A stretch of DNA of 64,000 bases, from assembly GCA_036172245.1 (NCBI GenBank), contig JAYWIR010000032.1, forward strand, positions 2,294,001 to 2,358,000, given 5' to 3'. Origin of the DNA: Raillietiella orientalis. Lineage: Eukaryota. Of this stretch, positions 1 through 12,300 are shown one piece after another. How positions within the stretch are numbered: the stretch's first letter is position 1; every line of letters begins with the position of its first letter. A model generated the notes under the pieces. It saw only the letters and a program-made list of their open reading frames with translations, did no database searches and was not told where the DNA came from. A program made the position numbers and the translations under genes.

Positions 1-1100
1 GCTGAAGATGTCAGGGGATGTCAGGGAATCCAGCGGCAAGCAGTTGGCACTTGGTTGCGTAGCCTTCCCATGTTCTACGACTTTCACAAAGGAGGAAGGG
101 TCCTTCCTCGTTAGTCATGACGAATAATGGGTTGTTGGCGTAAGTAGGTGGATGATGGTCTTCCAGACGGGACTCTCGAGCTTGAGATCTTTGGTCACAT
201 GTCCATGTCAAAGACGAGGAGCATGGAGCTCAGGGCATCTCCCTAGTAGACTCCTCTTTTCATCCCATCTCTTGAGACCATTTCGTTGATGGCGAAATGC
301 AATCGCACTTCTTCCAGAATAACCACTACGAGTGCCAGAAATTTTTTTCGGAAGCCCTTCTTCTGGATCCTAAAAAGCATCATGTGGTCAGCCGAGCCGA
401 AGATTGGTGAGATTTAGAATCAGATCGTTTTCAAGGATGAAGATGTATCCTAGGAGGAATTGAGCGCACTTGGCATTCTTCCACATTTGCCCTCAAGGAA
501 CGGCGTGCGTTTGCATGCGAGAAACCACAGATCCAATACATCCCCCCAGGCGATTGACCCAGTTCTTGGCCATCCACTTGGTGTTAAAGTTCAGAACGGA
601 GATGGGCGGCCGGCTTACGATTGCCTCCTTGTTGGAGAAGTCTTATCCCAGGAAGGATGTGGGCAGTCGTCCTCTCTCCCGCATCCGGGTCGGCAGCGGG
701 CTCAACAGAGGCAGGCAGGCAGAAAGATACATCGACCGTGGGCAACGGACATGGTGTCAGGACCTGTCTCCACGTCGTTGCAGAATTCTAGAAAAACTAT
801 CTTGATTTTCTCGTCCATGAAGTCTTGGTCCAGGGCTTGCTGCTGAAGGAGTCCGGAGGGTTGCCTGACGACACTTCGCAGGACTTGCTCCTCCGCTTCT
901 CCTCGAGAGGTTTCCCGCGAAACAGCTCAGAGTGGTGGTGGTGGAATACCTCCACCACTTGTTCCATGGTCCGATACTGTCGCTGCTGGTATTGGATGAG
1001 GATGTCCGTTGTGAGGTTCATCTTTTCTGGCATTCCAGTGTCGTTGTTGACAATTCAGTCCAGGTTTCTTCTAAGACATAGAGCGAGGGGATGTTGCTGG
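1..1100 (-). mobile_element. Decayed non-LTR retrotransposon fragments (APE endonuclease and post-APE linker)
   Basis: Minus-strand translations with frameshifts give ISVLNFNTK (~570-600, GDFN-like), WKNAKCAQFLLGYIFI (~435-485, TW..S.LDYIF-like) and GSADHMML (~378-400, SDH motif). ORF 797-1033 EVFHHHHSELF resembles the LINE linker. Confidence 0.6.
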
Positions 1101-1169
1101 TGCAACTCCTGTTGCGCTTACTATCTGAGCTCCCTACTAGTCGCCCTACTAGTACCTGTTTGAAAAAAG

Positions 1170-2340
1170 ATGGACTGCATGCTTGAGACGGTTCCGGTCT
1201 TCAATACTGTTAATGGTAGTCTTTTAGCCATCATCAGTAGCATTGAAGGAGGTCCTCACAACGTATTGGCATTCCAGGTAACCCTCGTACTAGTTGGGTA
1301 TGCGGGTGAGCACCGCTCTGGCTTCCGAGTGCTCCTTTCCGGAATGGGTGATGTTCATCGAGAACCTGAAGAGGGAGTGATGCGAGATAGTGGCGGGCAG
1401 CTCCCATAGTCCCTGGAATTGTTCATGTTCTCTGAGTAGAGCATGTAGTCCATCGGCGTGTGCGTGGCACCCATCCAGATGAGGCCGAGTTCTTCCACCA
1501 CGAGCCGATAACCATTGCATTCTTGAACACCCAGTGCCTTCCGAGATCCACATTCAGGTCTCCCACGATGACCATGATATCCTTCGGAGCTACCTTGCTT
1601 TTGAGGAAGTCCATAGAGCCATCACGAAAGCTTCTTTCTTTTTATGTAGTTCGTGTACGTCCATCACGAACAGGTGAATACTTCCGGACCACACCAACCT
1701 CAATCCCAGGACGCGGGCTTCCCATCCCTAGGAGACTTCCGAGGTGAGAAGTTGTTCTTTACCAGGATGGTTATTCACTTTCGGTCCTCCTTGCCCTGGT
1801 TCCTGAAGAGCTACGCTTGCAAATTGTGGCTGAGCTCCTTCCCTATGGTCGCAGTCATTCCATGAATTTCGTGGTTACAGCTGATGAGTTCGTGTTTCAA
1901 AAGCCACCTTTCACCTGCCTCCTCTTCCAAGCCTTGGTTAATCCGTCAAGGGATTCGCTCCTGTTTGCTCCTCTGAAGAGAACCCCGAAGAGATGCTTCC
2001 CAATTTCTCTGAGGAGTCACTTCCGAGGGGAGCAGCTCACTTCTTCACATTGTTGAGAGGCATCAATCCGCCAGTTCCCTGCACGAGATGGAGGGGTTCC
2101 TCCGAGGGAACGGGGACGGCTTCATTGGTACAACTGGTGGGGAACACCGAAGAGAACTGGTTCCTTGATTCCAACTGAGGGTCAACTTCCAATCCCGGCA
2201 GTCAACGGAGCCATTCGACTTCCATAAGTGCCGCACATGAAGTCAGTAGGCCAACCAGCATCATCTTGGGGGGTAAACTCGAAACCCACGACACCCTCAT
2301 CTACTCGGCGACGATCCTTTATTTTCACCCCGGCACGCCG
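1170..2340 (-). mobile_element. 5' part of an RTE-like LINE copy (leader plus APE), degenerate
   Basis: ORF 1423-1614 contains IMVIVGDLNVD (APE GDxN motif). 2030-2315 aligns by eye with 4868-5178 (e.g. ggccaaccagcatcatcttg vs ggccaaccagcgtcatcttg; caatcccggc in both). Confidence 0.65.
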
Positions 2341-3027
2341 AGGCGTTTATGGTAAAAAAAAAATGATATTTACAAAAATGCAGTCATACAAAATATTAGA
2401 AAAATGTCTTCCTTCTTAGTGGTTTCACATGACCACTACGGAGGGAGATGCCTCGGAGGCGTTGCTTCTTGTGAACAGCTCCCCGATGAAGTCCGCACAG
2501 GAGTGGGGGAAAGCGTGAACAAAAACACGAAAAAAAAGACACAAAAGCTCAGTTTAAAATATTCGGGGCAGGAATGGAAGGGATCACAGGTTTCTCCCTG
2601 GTATCCTTAGCACCCTCTGGAGGATGTTGGCAACTTCCTCCTCCTTTTGTTGGCAGAGATGTGGCCATCTTGTCGCTTTCTTCACGAAGGAGCAGACGAT
2701 TGCGGTGACCTGACCGTTCAACTGGCCCCTTTCGGCGCGGCTTCTCGACGCCTTTATCAGCAGGCGACATCAAGTCGCGACTGTGAAGAGGCACCACAAG
2801 ACCTCTCTTCCGTTTTTCCATCGGGAGTGGGAGGGCAGCAGCGAAGCGTTCCCAGATACTCCTGAGTGTTCCCGTGTCTGGGACACTCGGGAGGGCAACA
2901 CAACCCAACAACAGATGCAGGAAGGTGTCTCTTTCCCCGCTCCTGCAACAGTCTGGGACTCCACTCCTTCTTGTCCAGTGGTGGACTCGTGCGTTGCCTG
3001 GGATGGTCCAGTGCAACAAGATCCTTT

Positions 3028-3075
3028 ACGGGTATTCGAACCCGCAACACTTGGTATCACGCACGGCCTCCAACG
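3028..3075 (-). repeat. tRNA-like (B-box) repeat head, second copy
   Basis: Minus strand ccaagtgttgcgggttcgaatac matches ccaagcgtcgcgggttcgaatac at 5187-5209; both contain the GGTTCGAAT B-box. Confidence 0.55.
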
Positions 3076-3559
3076 CGAGTACCTCCTGATTCTATGGTAG
3101 TTTTTACCACACGCCTCTTCTTTCTCTGGGCAATAGTCTGAGCCCGATGATTTTCACCCACCTTCTTGCAAGCCGTGTTGGTCACGGTCGTCGTTGGAAA
3201 CGCATCCTCGTTGTCTGCATCCTCGGGTATCAGTTTTGGACCGTTGCCCACTGCTCACTGATCATTCCGTTCTCGGTCCCGCTCTAGGAGACCACGGGAC
3301 CGAGGTTTTCATATGCTCTCGACTCGAGGCGTCGACTTACAGGTACCGGGAATGGTTGTTTCCTGAGCTCGTGTATCCGGTCCTGCCCTTTCTGGACCTC
3401 GTCCCCAGCCGCAGAAATCTCTGGTTTCTGGAAATACATTTTTACCTGCGCAGCAGTGGACGTATCAGAGGTTTCCTAAGGCAGTTGAGAGGCGGAAGAA
3501 GTTCTCCCCGCTGCTGCGGTGCAGCTTTCATTGTCCCAGATGCCGTCGTTCATTTTTCG

Positions 3560-4230
3560 TGCACAATAACGGGACTTTCTCACAGAGCTTTGTTTGGGGT
3601 TGTTTTGTGACCTGGACTGAAACCGGGACTGAAGATGATATCGGTTTCCGGAGTCGAACGACTCCAGACATTCCTGGGGGCTTCGTAGTCGCATCTGACA
3701 GGGTCCGGCTGCTTTACTGGAAGCTCTTCGGCTCCGCGAAAGTTGTCGCTACCTGGTCGGTCTTGCCACACTTCTTGCACGGCCCCGAAGGGTACGCCGC
3801 AGTCCTTTACCCGAATGTCATGCAGACCCGGAAGAACTGCTGAACATGCTGAACCTTCTTGGATGCCGCTGATATGGACAATGCTGAGTATTTTCATCCC
3901 CTTTCTCCGTCCGGATCTTTAGAAGCGCCTGCCCAGAAAAGACTCCGCCTCCGTAGTGCTCCTCCCGAGGCTCGATGACCTCTCTGTAATAGGAAACTAG
4001 GTCGATATGTCAAGCTGTTCGATCCCTGAGAGGTGGATGATGGACACGGCCTTGCCTGACACGCCACAGAGATAGCGTGGGCAACGAGTCCACTCTCGAC
4101 GAGGTCGTCAATTACAAAAGGGACTGTCGGGGCACATACAGAACCCCCTGACGAACAGCACCATTGCCTTGATGTTCATAAAGTCGACGTTCGCTTTCGA
4201 CGGATCGAGGGGCGAACGCTCCTCATCGAG
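3560..4230 (-). mobile_element. Degenerate gag-like ORF1 remnant with CCHC zinc knuckles (non-LTR element)
   Basis: Minus strand 3741-3860 translates to KKVQHVQQFFRVCMTFG*RTAAYPSGPCKKCGKTDQVATT, a decayed QCxRCxxFGH...C...CxKCG..H double knuckle with an in-frame stop. Confidence 0.6.
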
Positions 4231-4499
4231 TTGTCAGCAACTGCGTCCATGGGGAAGGTGATGATGGTCACTTGCAGCCAGAGCGGTTCTGCAATATTTG
4301 CTATGTTTCTTCCGGCGATAGCGCCACGATTCGTGGTTGCCACGGTCAGGGTGGCCAGGAGTGGCTGCCCATAGCGTATGACACGGATTACCTGTGGTTG
4401 CTACCGCCGTCGTTGTCCATTCCGTCACTGCTGCCTTGACTTACTCCCTCCATCGGCTCCGCCATCATTATGGCTCTGATGGGAGGTGGCGGCGGTGCT

Positions 4500-5270
4500 C
4501 CTTCCCCAGAAGGCTTAGAAGGACGCGGGAAACCTTTTTGGGTTCCTCTCTGTCTTCGCTTTTTTTGCTTTCAGCTTCTCTTTGGTTCGCTCAAGAGACG
4601 CCGGCGGCTCACGCAACTCTTTGCCGCCCGGGTGTGTGTGTAATTCTTCAAGATAGAGGGTATCCCGGGAGGGAGCCACCCTATGAATCCAGGAAGGGCT
4701 CCGTAGGAGGGAGTCCGTTCCTCTCACGCCTGGGAAGGGATTCGTGGAATGGAGATCTCCTCCACCCTGGTTGTCTCCGAAGGGGAACCCCGAAGGGAAA
4801 CCCTTATTCTCTCCGGAGGAACCCCTGGTAGGACGCTTCCGAATTTTTTCAGAAGTGCTCTCCCCGAAGGAGGCGGAGCTCTTCTTTGCACTCTGCAAAG
4901 GTATCACACCAGCTCCATGGTACGAGACGGAGGGTTCCCCCGAAGGAGACGGGGGGTCCTCTCCTTTGCACAACCGGAGGGGAACCACAAAGGGACCTCT
5001 TGGTTCTGATTCCTGGAAGGACCCTGGAGAAGTCGACTCCCAATCCCGGCTACTCATCGGGGGCATCCGGTTTTAACTGCTACCAGTGCCGCCGCACCTG
5101 AATGAATGGAGGCCAACCAGCGTCATCTTGCAGGAGGAACTCGAACCCGCGACGCACCCCCATCTCTCGGCGTCGATTCTTGCCGAGTATTCGAACCCGC
5201 GACGCTTGGTGGTGCCACGCGCGGAGACCTCGGTGGCCACATGACCTCCGACGCAGGCCATGTGCTTCGT
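4500..5270 (-). mobile_element. 5' end of an RTE-like LINE with tRNA-like head
   Basis: ORF 4515-5066 has a basic/Ser-rich N-terminus. The segment is homologous by eye to 2030-2315 and 52440-52950. Two B-box-like GGTTCGA motifs lie at 5141-5155 and 5191-5205. Confidence 0.6.
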
Positions 5271-5399
5271 TATGCGAGACCAGCAAGTCTACGAACGATC
5301 GTCATTCTCACAGAACAGCTGAGAATCTTCTCACTTCACAAATTTATCACGAACGAGTCACGCTCACATCGAATTTACACACTACGTATACAATTTAAA

Positions 5400-5670
5400 T
5401 GGAAAGTTGTATTATCGCAAAATAATAATGCTTCATTAAAAAAAACCTAAGCCATGGCAGTAAGGAATGAAGGTTACAATTGCTTACGGGTCTAAACTGG
5501 AGGAGAGATGTGACTAAGATCTGTTCACTAACGTGTATGTGTATTTTTTGAACACAAAATAATTTATAGAGAGAATCAGCCAACATTTCAGGAATACCTA
5601 TTGCAGACCGCACTTCGGAGATAATCAGGCGCGTATTTTGTCTTTTCCTTGTGCATAACATATATGATCG
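5400..5670 (-). mobile_element. Reverse transcriptase fragment (non-LTR)
   Basis: ORF 5395-5661 MLADSLYKLF...LLQFRPVSNCNLH resembles RT domains 1-2 (LLxxxYKLF...QxGFRP). Confidence 0.45.
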
Positions 5671-6382
5671 GACCTAAAAATGAAAGATTCTAGCAAATCG
5701 AGTCCACGGCAACTAATGCAGGATTTCATCCCTTAGTTCAGCCAAGTCAACAAGATAGTCTGGCTGAGTGATGCCTCTCAAGAGACCACAGGATGGAATC
5801 AATAATCTTGCAATCCCACGGTATTTTGGTGACTTTGGTCTGCTGGGCAACAAGGTCCTAAGCTTTTTTTTTTTTTTTATCGTAATCTGACTCTTGAGTG
5901 GATGCATTCTTGCATGGGAATCTCTACAGCAGCAGGTTTCCCGGGAAGCAGGCACTGGTCCGAAGAAAAGTGCTCCCGAAACTCCTAGCTCTCGAGGATT
6001 CAGTGACATCCAGGACAGTTCAGAGTTGTGATCATCGAAACGTTCCCTTCGAGATCTTCAGATGGAAATCGTATCCCCAATTTCCATTGACAGGAATCTC
6101 CTTCCCTTTCCTCCCACTCCCGAAAGCCATCCATATTTGTGTTCTTCACTGACTCCACTGGAAGCAATGGAATGCACCAGCAAGAGAGATGCCAAGAGCA
6201 AAAATAAGGAAGAGGAAAACAACAAAAGAAACAAAACAACCAAGAGAGAAACAAAACAACAAAAGAAAAATTGTAATTATTCCTTTTGCGATGGGAACTT
6301 AAAGAGGGAAGGTGGATCTGCTCTGGGAGCCAGTGCTGGTGGGCCAACTCTCTGGTTTTATCATCACTCTTCTGATAGCAGC

Positions 6383-9300
6383 TCAGGGTTCGAGCTGCAA
6401 CTGCTTGAAGCAACCTTCTGGGAGTGCATTGCGGATGCTAAGGATGTTGCTTTCTTCTCCTCTCAGGAACTCTAACTCCTCCTCATACGTCTTCATTTGG
6501 GCACTCTACCAAAAGACCCACAAGATGGTCTTCCCACCTATGCCCACCCTGCCTTCAGCAGGCTTCCTGACCTGCTGGCGGAATGCTTCTCGGAGGATGC
6601 CTGTCTTCGATTCCATCTCTGCCTGGACCACCTCTTCCTCAGCTACACCCAGTTTGCTTTCCAGCTCCTCAAGCTGCTGCAGGCTGATGACATCAACATT
6701 GTTCAGGGCGTCCAGCACTGACAGCACAGTCTTCAGAGCTCCCTCCACTTCCAACTTGGCTCTACTGGCATTTGAACGTGCTTGGTCTGCCTTCTGCAGT
6801 GCCTGGCGGCTAAGCAGCTCTTCACTCTTCAGAGCATCATGCTCATCCTCCAGGCTCACTTCAAGAACCTGGACCCTTTCACGCAGATCTATGGCCTTTT
6901 TGTCTAGATCTTCTGTAGTCTGAAGAGCCTGGTCGGCCTCCTCTTTGATACGTTTTGCCTCCTGGATGGACAACCGCAACAAAGGGAAAGGAAAAAAAAG
7001 GAAAGAAAAAATAATCACCAGATGGATGAACAACTTCCCTCTCTTTGAGGGCAGATAGCCTTACTTGTGATGCAGACTCAGCAAGTGTTCTTGCCAGCTG
7101 TGCTATGTTTCTCGCATCTGAGGCATTTTCCTTGGCACCAGACAAGCTCTGTTCAGCATCTTTTGTTTCCCTCTCTGCTTCATTCAGCAAAGCGTCAATC
7201 TTTGGAAGCCTGGACTTGGCATCCAAGTATTTTTCCTTGCTGTCCTGCACCACTTGGTCAAACTCTGGAAGTGGCAACAGTAGGTAGGAAGGAGGAGGGA
7301 AAATTTAAGTGGAAACAGGAAGCAGAGGTCCGGGTACTTTTACCTTTCAGTGTCTTTAGCATTTCCTGGGCCTCTCTTAAAATCTGTTCTCCTTGCAGTG
7401 TGGCATTTTGTGCCATTTCCTGAGCAACATCCACCTCAGAAAGGAGGGCATCTGTTGTTTGTTGCTGATAGATCACTCGGTCCAGCTGCTCGCTGACCTC
7501 ACTGAGCTGCTTCTCCAGCTCCTCCACAAGCCCCACATTTGCTTGTAGCAGCTCCTGAGCACTTGCTTTCACATGCTCTGCCTAGAAACCCAATAAAAGG
7601 AAGGGATCAAGGTAGACAGGCATGAGTGGCAATCACTCTCACCTCCTGGCGGATCTCCTGGGAAGCCCGAGCAATATACTTATCATCTGGGTCAGCAGCA
7701 GCCAATGCCCGGATCTCTGTGACCAGGCTTAGTGCTTCCTCATATGCTTCGAATGCTTCCTTTCGTGCATTAGTGGCTGCTGCCTTCAGCCTGTCCAGTC
7801 TCTCCTCCAGATGCTGTGACTTGATATCCAAGTTGTCCACCTCCAGCCTGGGGGAGGGAGCAGAGGATGGAAACAGTGGTAGTGATGGCAGAGGTCAATT
7901 CAAAGGATGAATGCTTCTTCCTTGGGAAAGTAATGGATAGAAGGACTCATTGTTTACTCCTAAGAGGATGGGGGAAACAAAGTGAAGAGAAAATGATGAC
8001 AAAAGGAGCTGGGGCTGAGGATGTGCAGAGTAGAAAGAAAACAAGGGTGGGAGATGGACAGGATCATCCAGACTATTGAAGTGGAAAAGCAGAAAGAAGC
8101 TGAATCCCATCTCTATCTTCAAAAAGGAGGAAGGGAGATGAATGGGTGCCAAGTGTGATAGGAGACCAGCTAGAACAGCTACAGGGTGAGAAAATAGCGA
8201 ACAAGATTGACCCTTACCTCCATATGCCAAAGGGTAGGGATTAACAACAATGGAAAAAAAAAGTAAAATGAGAGTAAGGCTGATATCTAACCCTATAATG
8301 TAGGAAGTAAGTGACCTACTATCCTATGACTTAGGAAGGAGCATGGATAGGGTATTCATGATGGCAGGGTTCTGATTAGAAAATCTGTAGTGAGGAAGGA
8401 GGTGGGGATGAGGTTCACACCTGCCTTGATGAGACAGAACGACGTAAACCTCTCATCCTAACCTAGAAGAAAAAAGGAACTCACTTGGCTTCCCGTTGTT
8501 TGTTAACAGTCGCAAGGGCCAACTCATATGCCTCAGATGACAGATTGAATGCTGTCTCTGCCATGTGTTCAATCTGAGCTGCCTCATTGTCATAGCTATG
8601 GGGAGAGAAAAGTGCACACATGGAAAACAGGAAGCAAGGCAATGCACTCATAATGTTGCTTCCACCTCTGACTTTACTTACTCGTCTGCAAGGAAGCGAG
8701 CTTGACGTGCAATATCTGACATGTGTTCACTCTGCTGTCCTGATTGCTGTGCTCTCTCTGCTGCTCTGCTCATGGCATCCTCTCCTTCTGTATCCAGGAA
8801 CAGCTGTGCATTCTGGATAGAATGAATGTTGTGTTTAGTGCTACTGTTCCACTTCATCTCATGCAGTGGGATAGGGTAGGGAGATATCACTCACTTTCAG
8901 GGCTTCCTTGGACTTGGTAATCTTCCCTTCAGCATGGACCACATTACTTTCTGCCTCATCGATGCTTCCCCGAGCACGAGAATTAAGTTCCCGGACGGAG
9001 CCCAGGAGATCTCCCAGCCTCTCACTCCTCTCCTGGAGCAGTTCCAGATGCTCTTGGGCACTCTTCTCACCACCAGTGACATGAGCAGCCAAGCGAACAT
9101 CGTCAAGTAGGTGTTCAGCATCCGCCTCAGCCTCCATCAATCCAGCCTCAAACTCTGCATCTCCAGGCGGTGGACCAATCTCTCCAGAGTCCACACCATG
9201 CAGCAGAATTTCCAGGTGTGTCAGATTACTCCGGTGACGGTCCATGGCCTCCTGAACCAGTCCATAGCAGGCTGGGCATGGCACACAGCCTTGCTGTCGG

Positions 9301-12300
9301 CTGTATTTGTTCTCCTTGCAGCGCTCGCACTGACGACCCTCTACATTCTCCCGACAAGCACACTGTCCAGATTCATCACACTGCAGGCTCACAGCCCCAA
9401 CAGGGTCACAGTTACAGGGGTGACATCCATCAAACGAGAAACCATAGTGGTCCTCAGCACATTGTGCACAAGTACGTCCCTCAACACCTGACCGGCAAGG
9501 GCACTGACCTGAGAGTGTCTCACATGTGTGATTCCAGGAACCAATGGGATCACAGTCACAGGGCTGGCAACCCTGCACACATGCACACATGGAGAAAGGC
9601 AGGATAACATCACTGCATCATTGGAGGTCCCCCCCTATCCCCAGCTCTGTACTCACATTTCCACTGTCCAGACCATAGTACCCAGGGCTGCACTGGTCAC
9701 ACTGCAGACCCTCCACATGGGGCAGGCACTGGCACTGTCCAGTCCACTGATCACAGAGCTCCTCTTTCTGGGACCCAGGAAGGTAGCAACCGCAAGGCTT
9801 GCAGTCACCCTTCATGCTTTTCAGAGGGTCACCATAGTACCCTGTAGACAAAAAGAAGAGGAAAAGATGTGAAAGTAATGGGAGCAGAAGTCTTACCAGG
9901 AAGGCATTGGTCACAATGAGAGCCTGCTGTGTTGTAGATGCACTTTAGGCACTCGCCTGTGGTTCCGTTGCAGTTGGCCACTGCATTGGGATCAACATTG
10001 CCATTGCACTCACATGGCTGGCAAGGCGAGGATGGTCCAAATCTGCCTATAGGGTCACCATAGTAACCATCAATACATAGGTTGCAGCGAGGACCTGAAA
10101 GAAAAGGGTAAGGGAGGGAGTTGGACTGGAAATTTCCTTACCTGTGTATCCCAGAGGACACTCAGTACAGAAAATGCCTGTCTCAAGCTCAATGCAGGCA
10201 CCCCCCTCAGGACATGGACAAGGTTTGCAGTCCTCAGGGGTACCTGCCAGAGCATTTCCATAAAATCCCTTGGTGCAGAACTCGCAGTTGCTTCCAGCTG
10301 TGTGGTGTTGGCAGATACAACGCCCTAAATAAGAGTATGAGGTGGAATGGAATGGAGTGCAAAAAAAGGGAGGAGAATTTAGTCTAAACCATCTCCTCCA
10401 GCATCAACTCACCTGACTCCACATCACAGATGCTGGCATGGCTATTGCAATTGCATTCAACACATCGGGCAAAGGGTCCACCATTTGGTGGATCATGCCG
10501 ATGACCTGGGGCACAGGACTCACAGAACTGACCCACATAGCCACTGGGACACTTGCAGAGCTCAATCCAGGGAGCAGGGCTACCCACAGCAGCTCCTGCT
10601 GCACCACTGACTCCATGCTTGGCACTCTCCAGCCTGACAGTGCTCAGGTAACCACGACCTGATTCCCACACAGTGTTTTTCTCTTTGTAAAATCCCCCCC
10701 CCCCTCCCCCAAAGGAAGTGAGACATCACCTTACCTCCATAGTAACCATAGGTCCCACGGATGCGGATCTTGCTAATGTTTGCCAGCACAGAGATGAAGT
10801 CATGGGAGTTGAGAGTGGGTGTCCAGTGGCGCTCATGTAAGTGGAAGTGATATTCTGTGTCCTAGAAAGAAGATGTGGAGTGTGTTGTGGAAGCTACAAA
10901 TACCTTTGTGGAGGGCAATGGGTTATGTTGCAAGAAGATTGCTGACCTCAAGGTCAGACCGTTGACTCCAACAATCTGCACATCATCTGCCTGTCCCTTT
11001 GCTCCAGACTCATCAATGCGTAGCACAAAGCTCAGGTCCCTACTATAGCTAGCACGCTGATCACCAAGATAACGAGCTATTCAAAGAGATGGGAAAATCA
11101 AGCAATAAAGTTAATCCAGACTGTGAAAGGGGGAATGAGTTGGACATTCACCTGGAGCAACAAAATAGACTGCAGCCTGGTCTGAGGTAACACTGATACT
11201 TCGAGAGATTGCATCATGATGTAGAGGTCTTGGAACAAACTTCTGTAAATTGAGGTCGAATGCCTCTGCAGTCCACTTCTCATCATTACGAGAGAAGAAA
11301 CTCTCAATGGCAGCTGGAAATGCAAAGTGCTTTAAAAAGAGGGAAACAACATACCTCTGGCACTTACATTTCCAGAAGCCTGGTGCTGACTGACAGATGG
11401 ATGAGTGCCCATAGCAGAAGCATGGAGTGCAGCCCAGATCATTGGATGGGTCCAAGTTGAAGTAGCCTGGCTTGCATCTGAGAGGAGAAAGGGATGAGTT
11501 CCATTATTTCCACTCTTACAAGGAGTGAAGAAAATTCCCTTCCGGGACAGCATCTACCAGAAATCAACAAGAAACAGGAAGCCCATGAACTTCTAGAAGT
11601 GCCCAGCCCACAGATACCCAGCCCCTAATCTCCACCAGCGTTCTGATGCAAAAAACTGGAAGAGCTCAGTGGCATCCAATCCACTTATATCCACCTCTGG
11701 GTTTCCCAACTCTCCACTGTCCTCATCCATCATCCCTTGCTTGACACAAGAATGAAGTCAGAAAGGAGAATAAATGCTACTAACCCTAGGCAATAAGTTT
11801 CCCCCTGAAGACATCACACCATAAAGAATGACAGTTGTTTAAATCATAACTCTATCTTTAAACCCCACCCCAGACACTCATACATCTCCCATAATGGAAA
11901 AGCACTAGTTAGTCTTCTTTAGACACTCCCACCCCTTCTTCCCAGAACACTTACAGCAACTTACATCTGGCACTGTTTGCCTTCCACATTCACCTTGCAG
12001 CTGCACTCCCCACTCCCAGTGTCACAATATGGGTGGTCACCCTCACTTCCATGAGGGTCACAGCCACAGGGTGCACACCCCAGCTCACTGAATCCATGAT
12101 AATTAGCCTCACAGGCATCACACTTGTCACCAGTGACCCCAGGCTTGCAGCGACAGCGGCCTTCATCATCACACTGCAGGTGTTCTGAGCCTGTAAGAGA
12201 TCCCCATCAGCTATCAAAAGGTTCCCTCTATCCCCCACCCATTTACCGACAGGATCACAGCTGCAGGGTACACAGTAGCCATCACTGCGCCGAAAGAAGT

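Noticed and set aside
5180..5260. Functional tRNA gene
   Set aside because: A/B-box-like motifs are present, but there is no acceptor stem or anticodon arm.
5205..5262. HDV-like ribozyme at the LINE 5' end
   Set aside because: A P3/L3-like gtc-tccgcgcgt-ggc exists, but I could not form P1, P1.1 or P2.
8418..8462. Possible laminin micro-exon
   Set aside because: The flanking exons already join in frame; inclusion adds a stop or frameshift.
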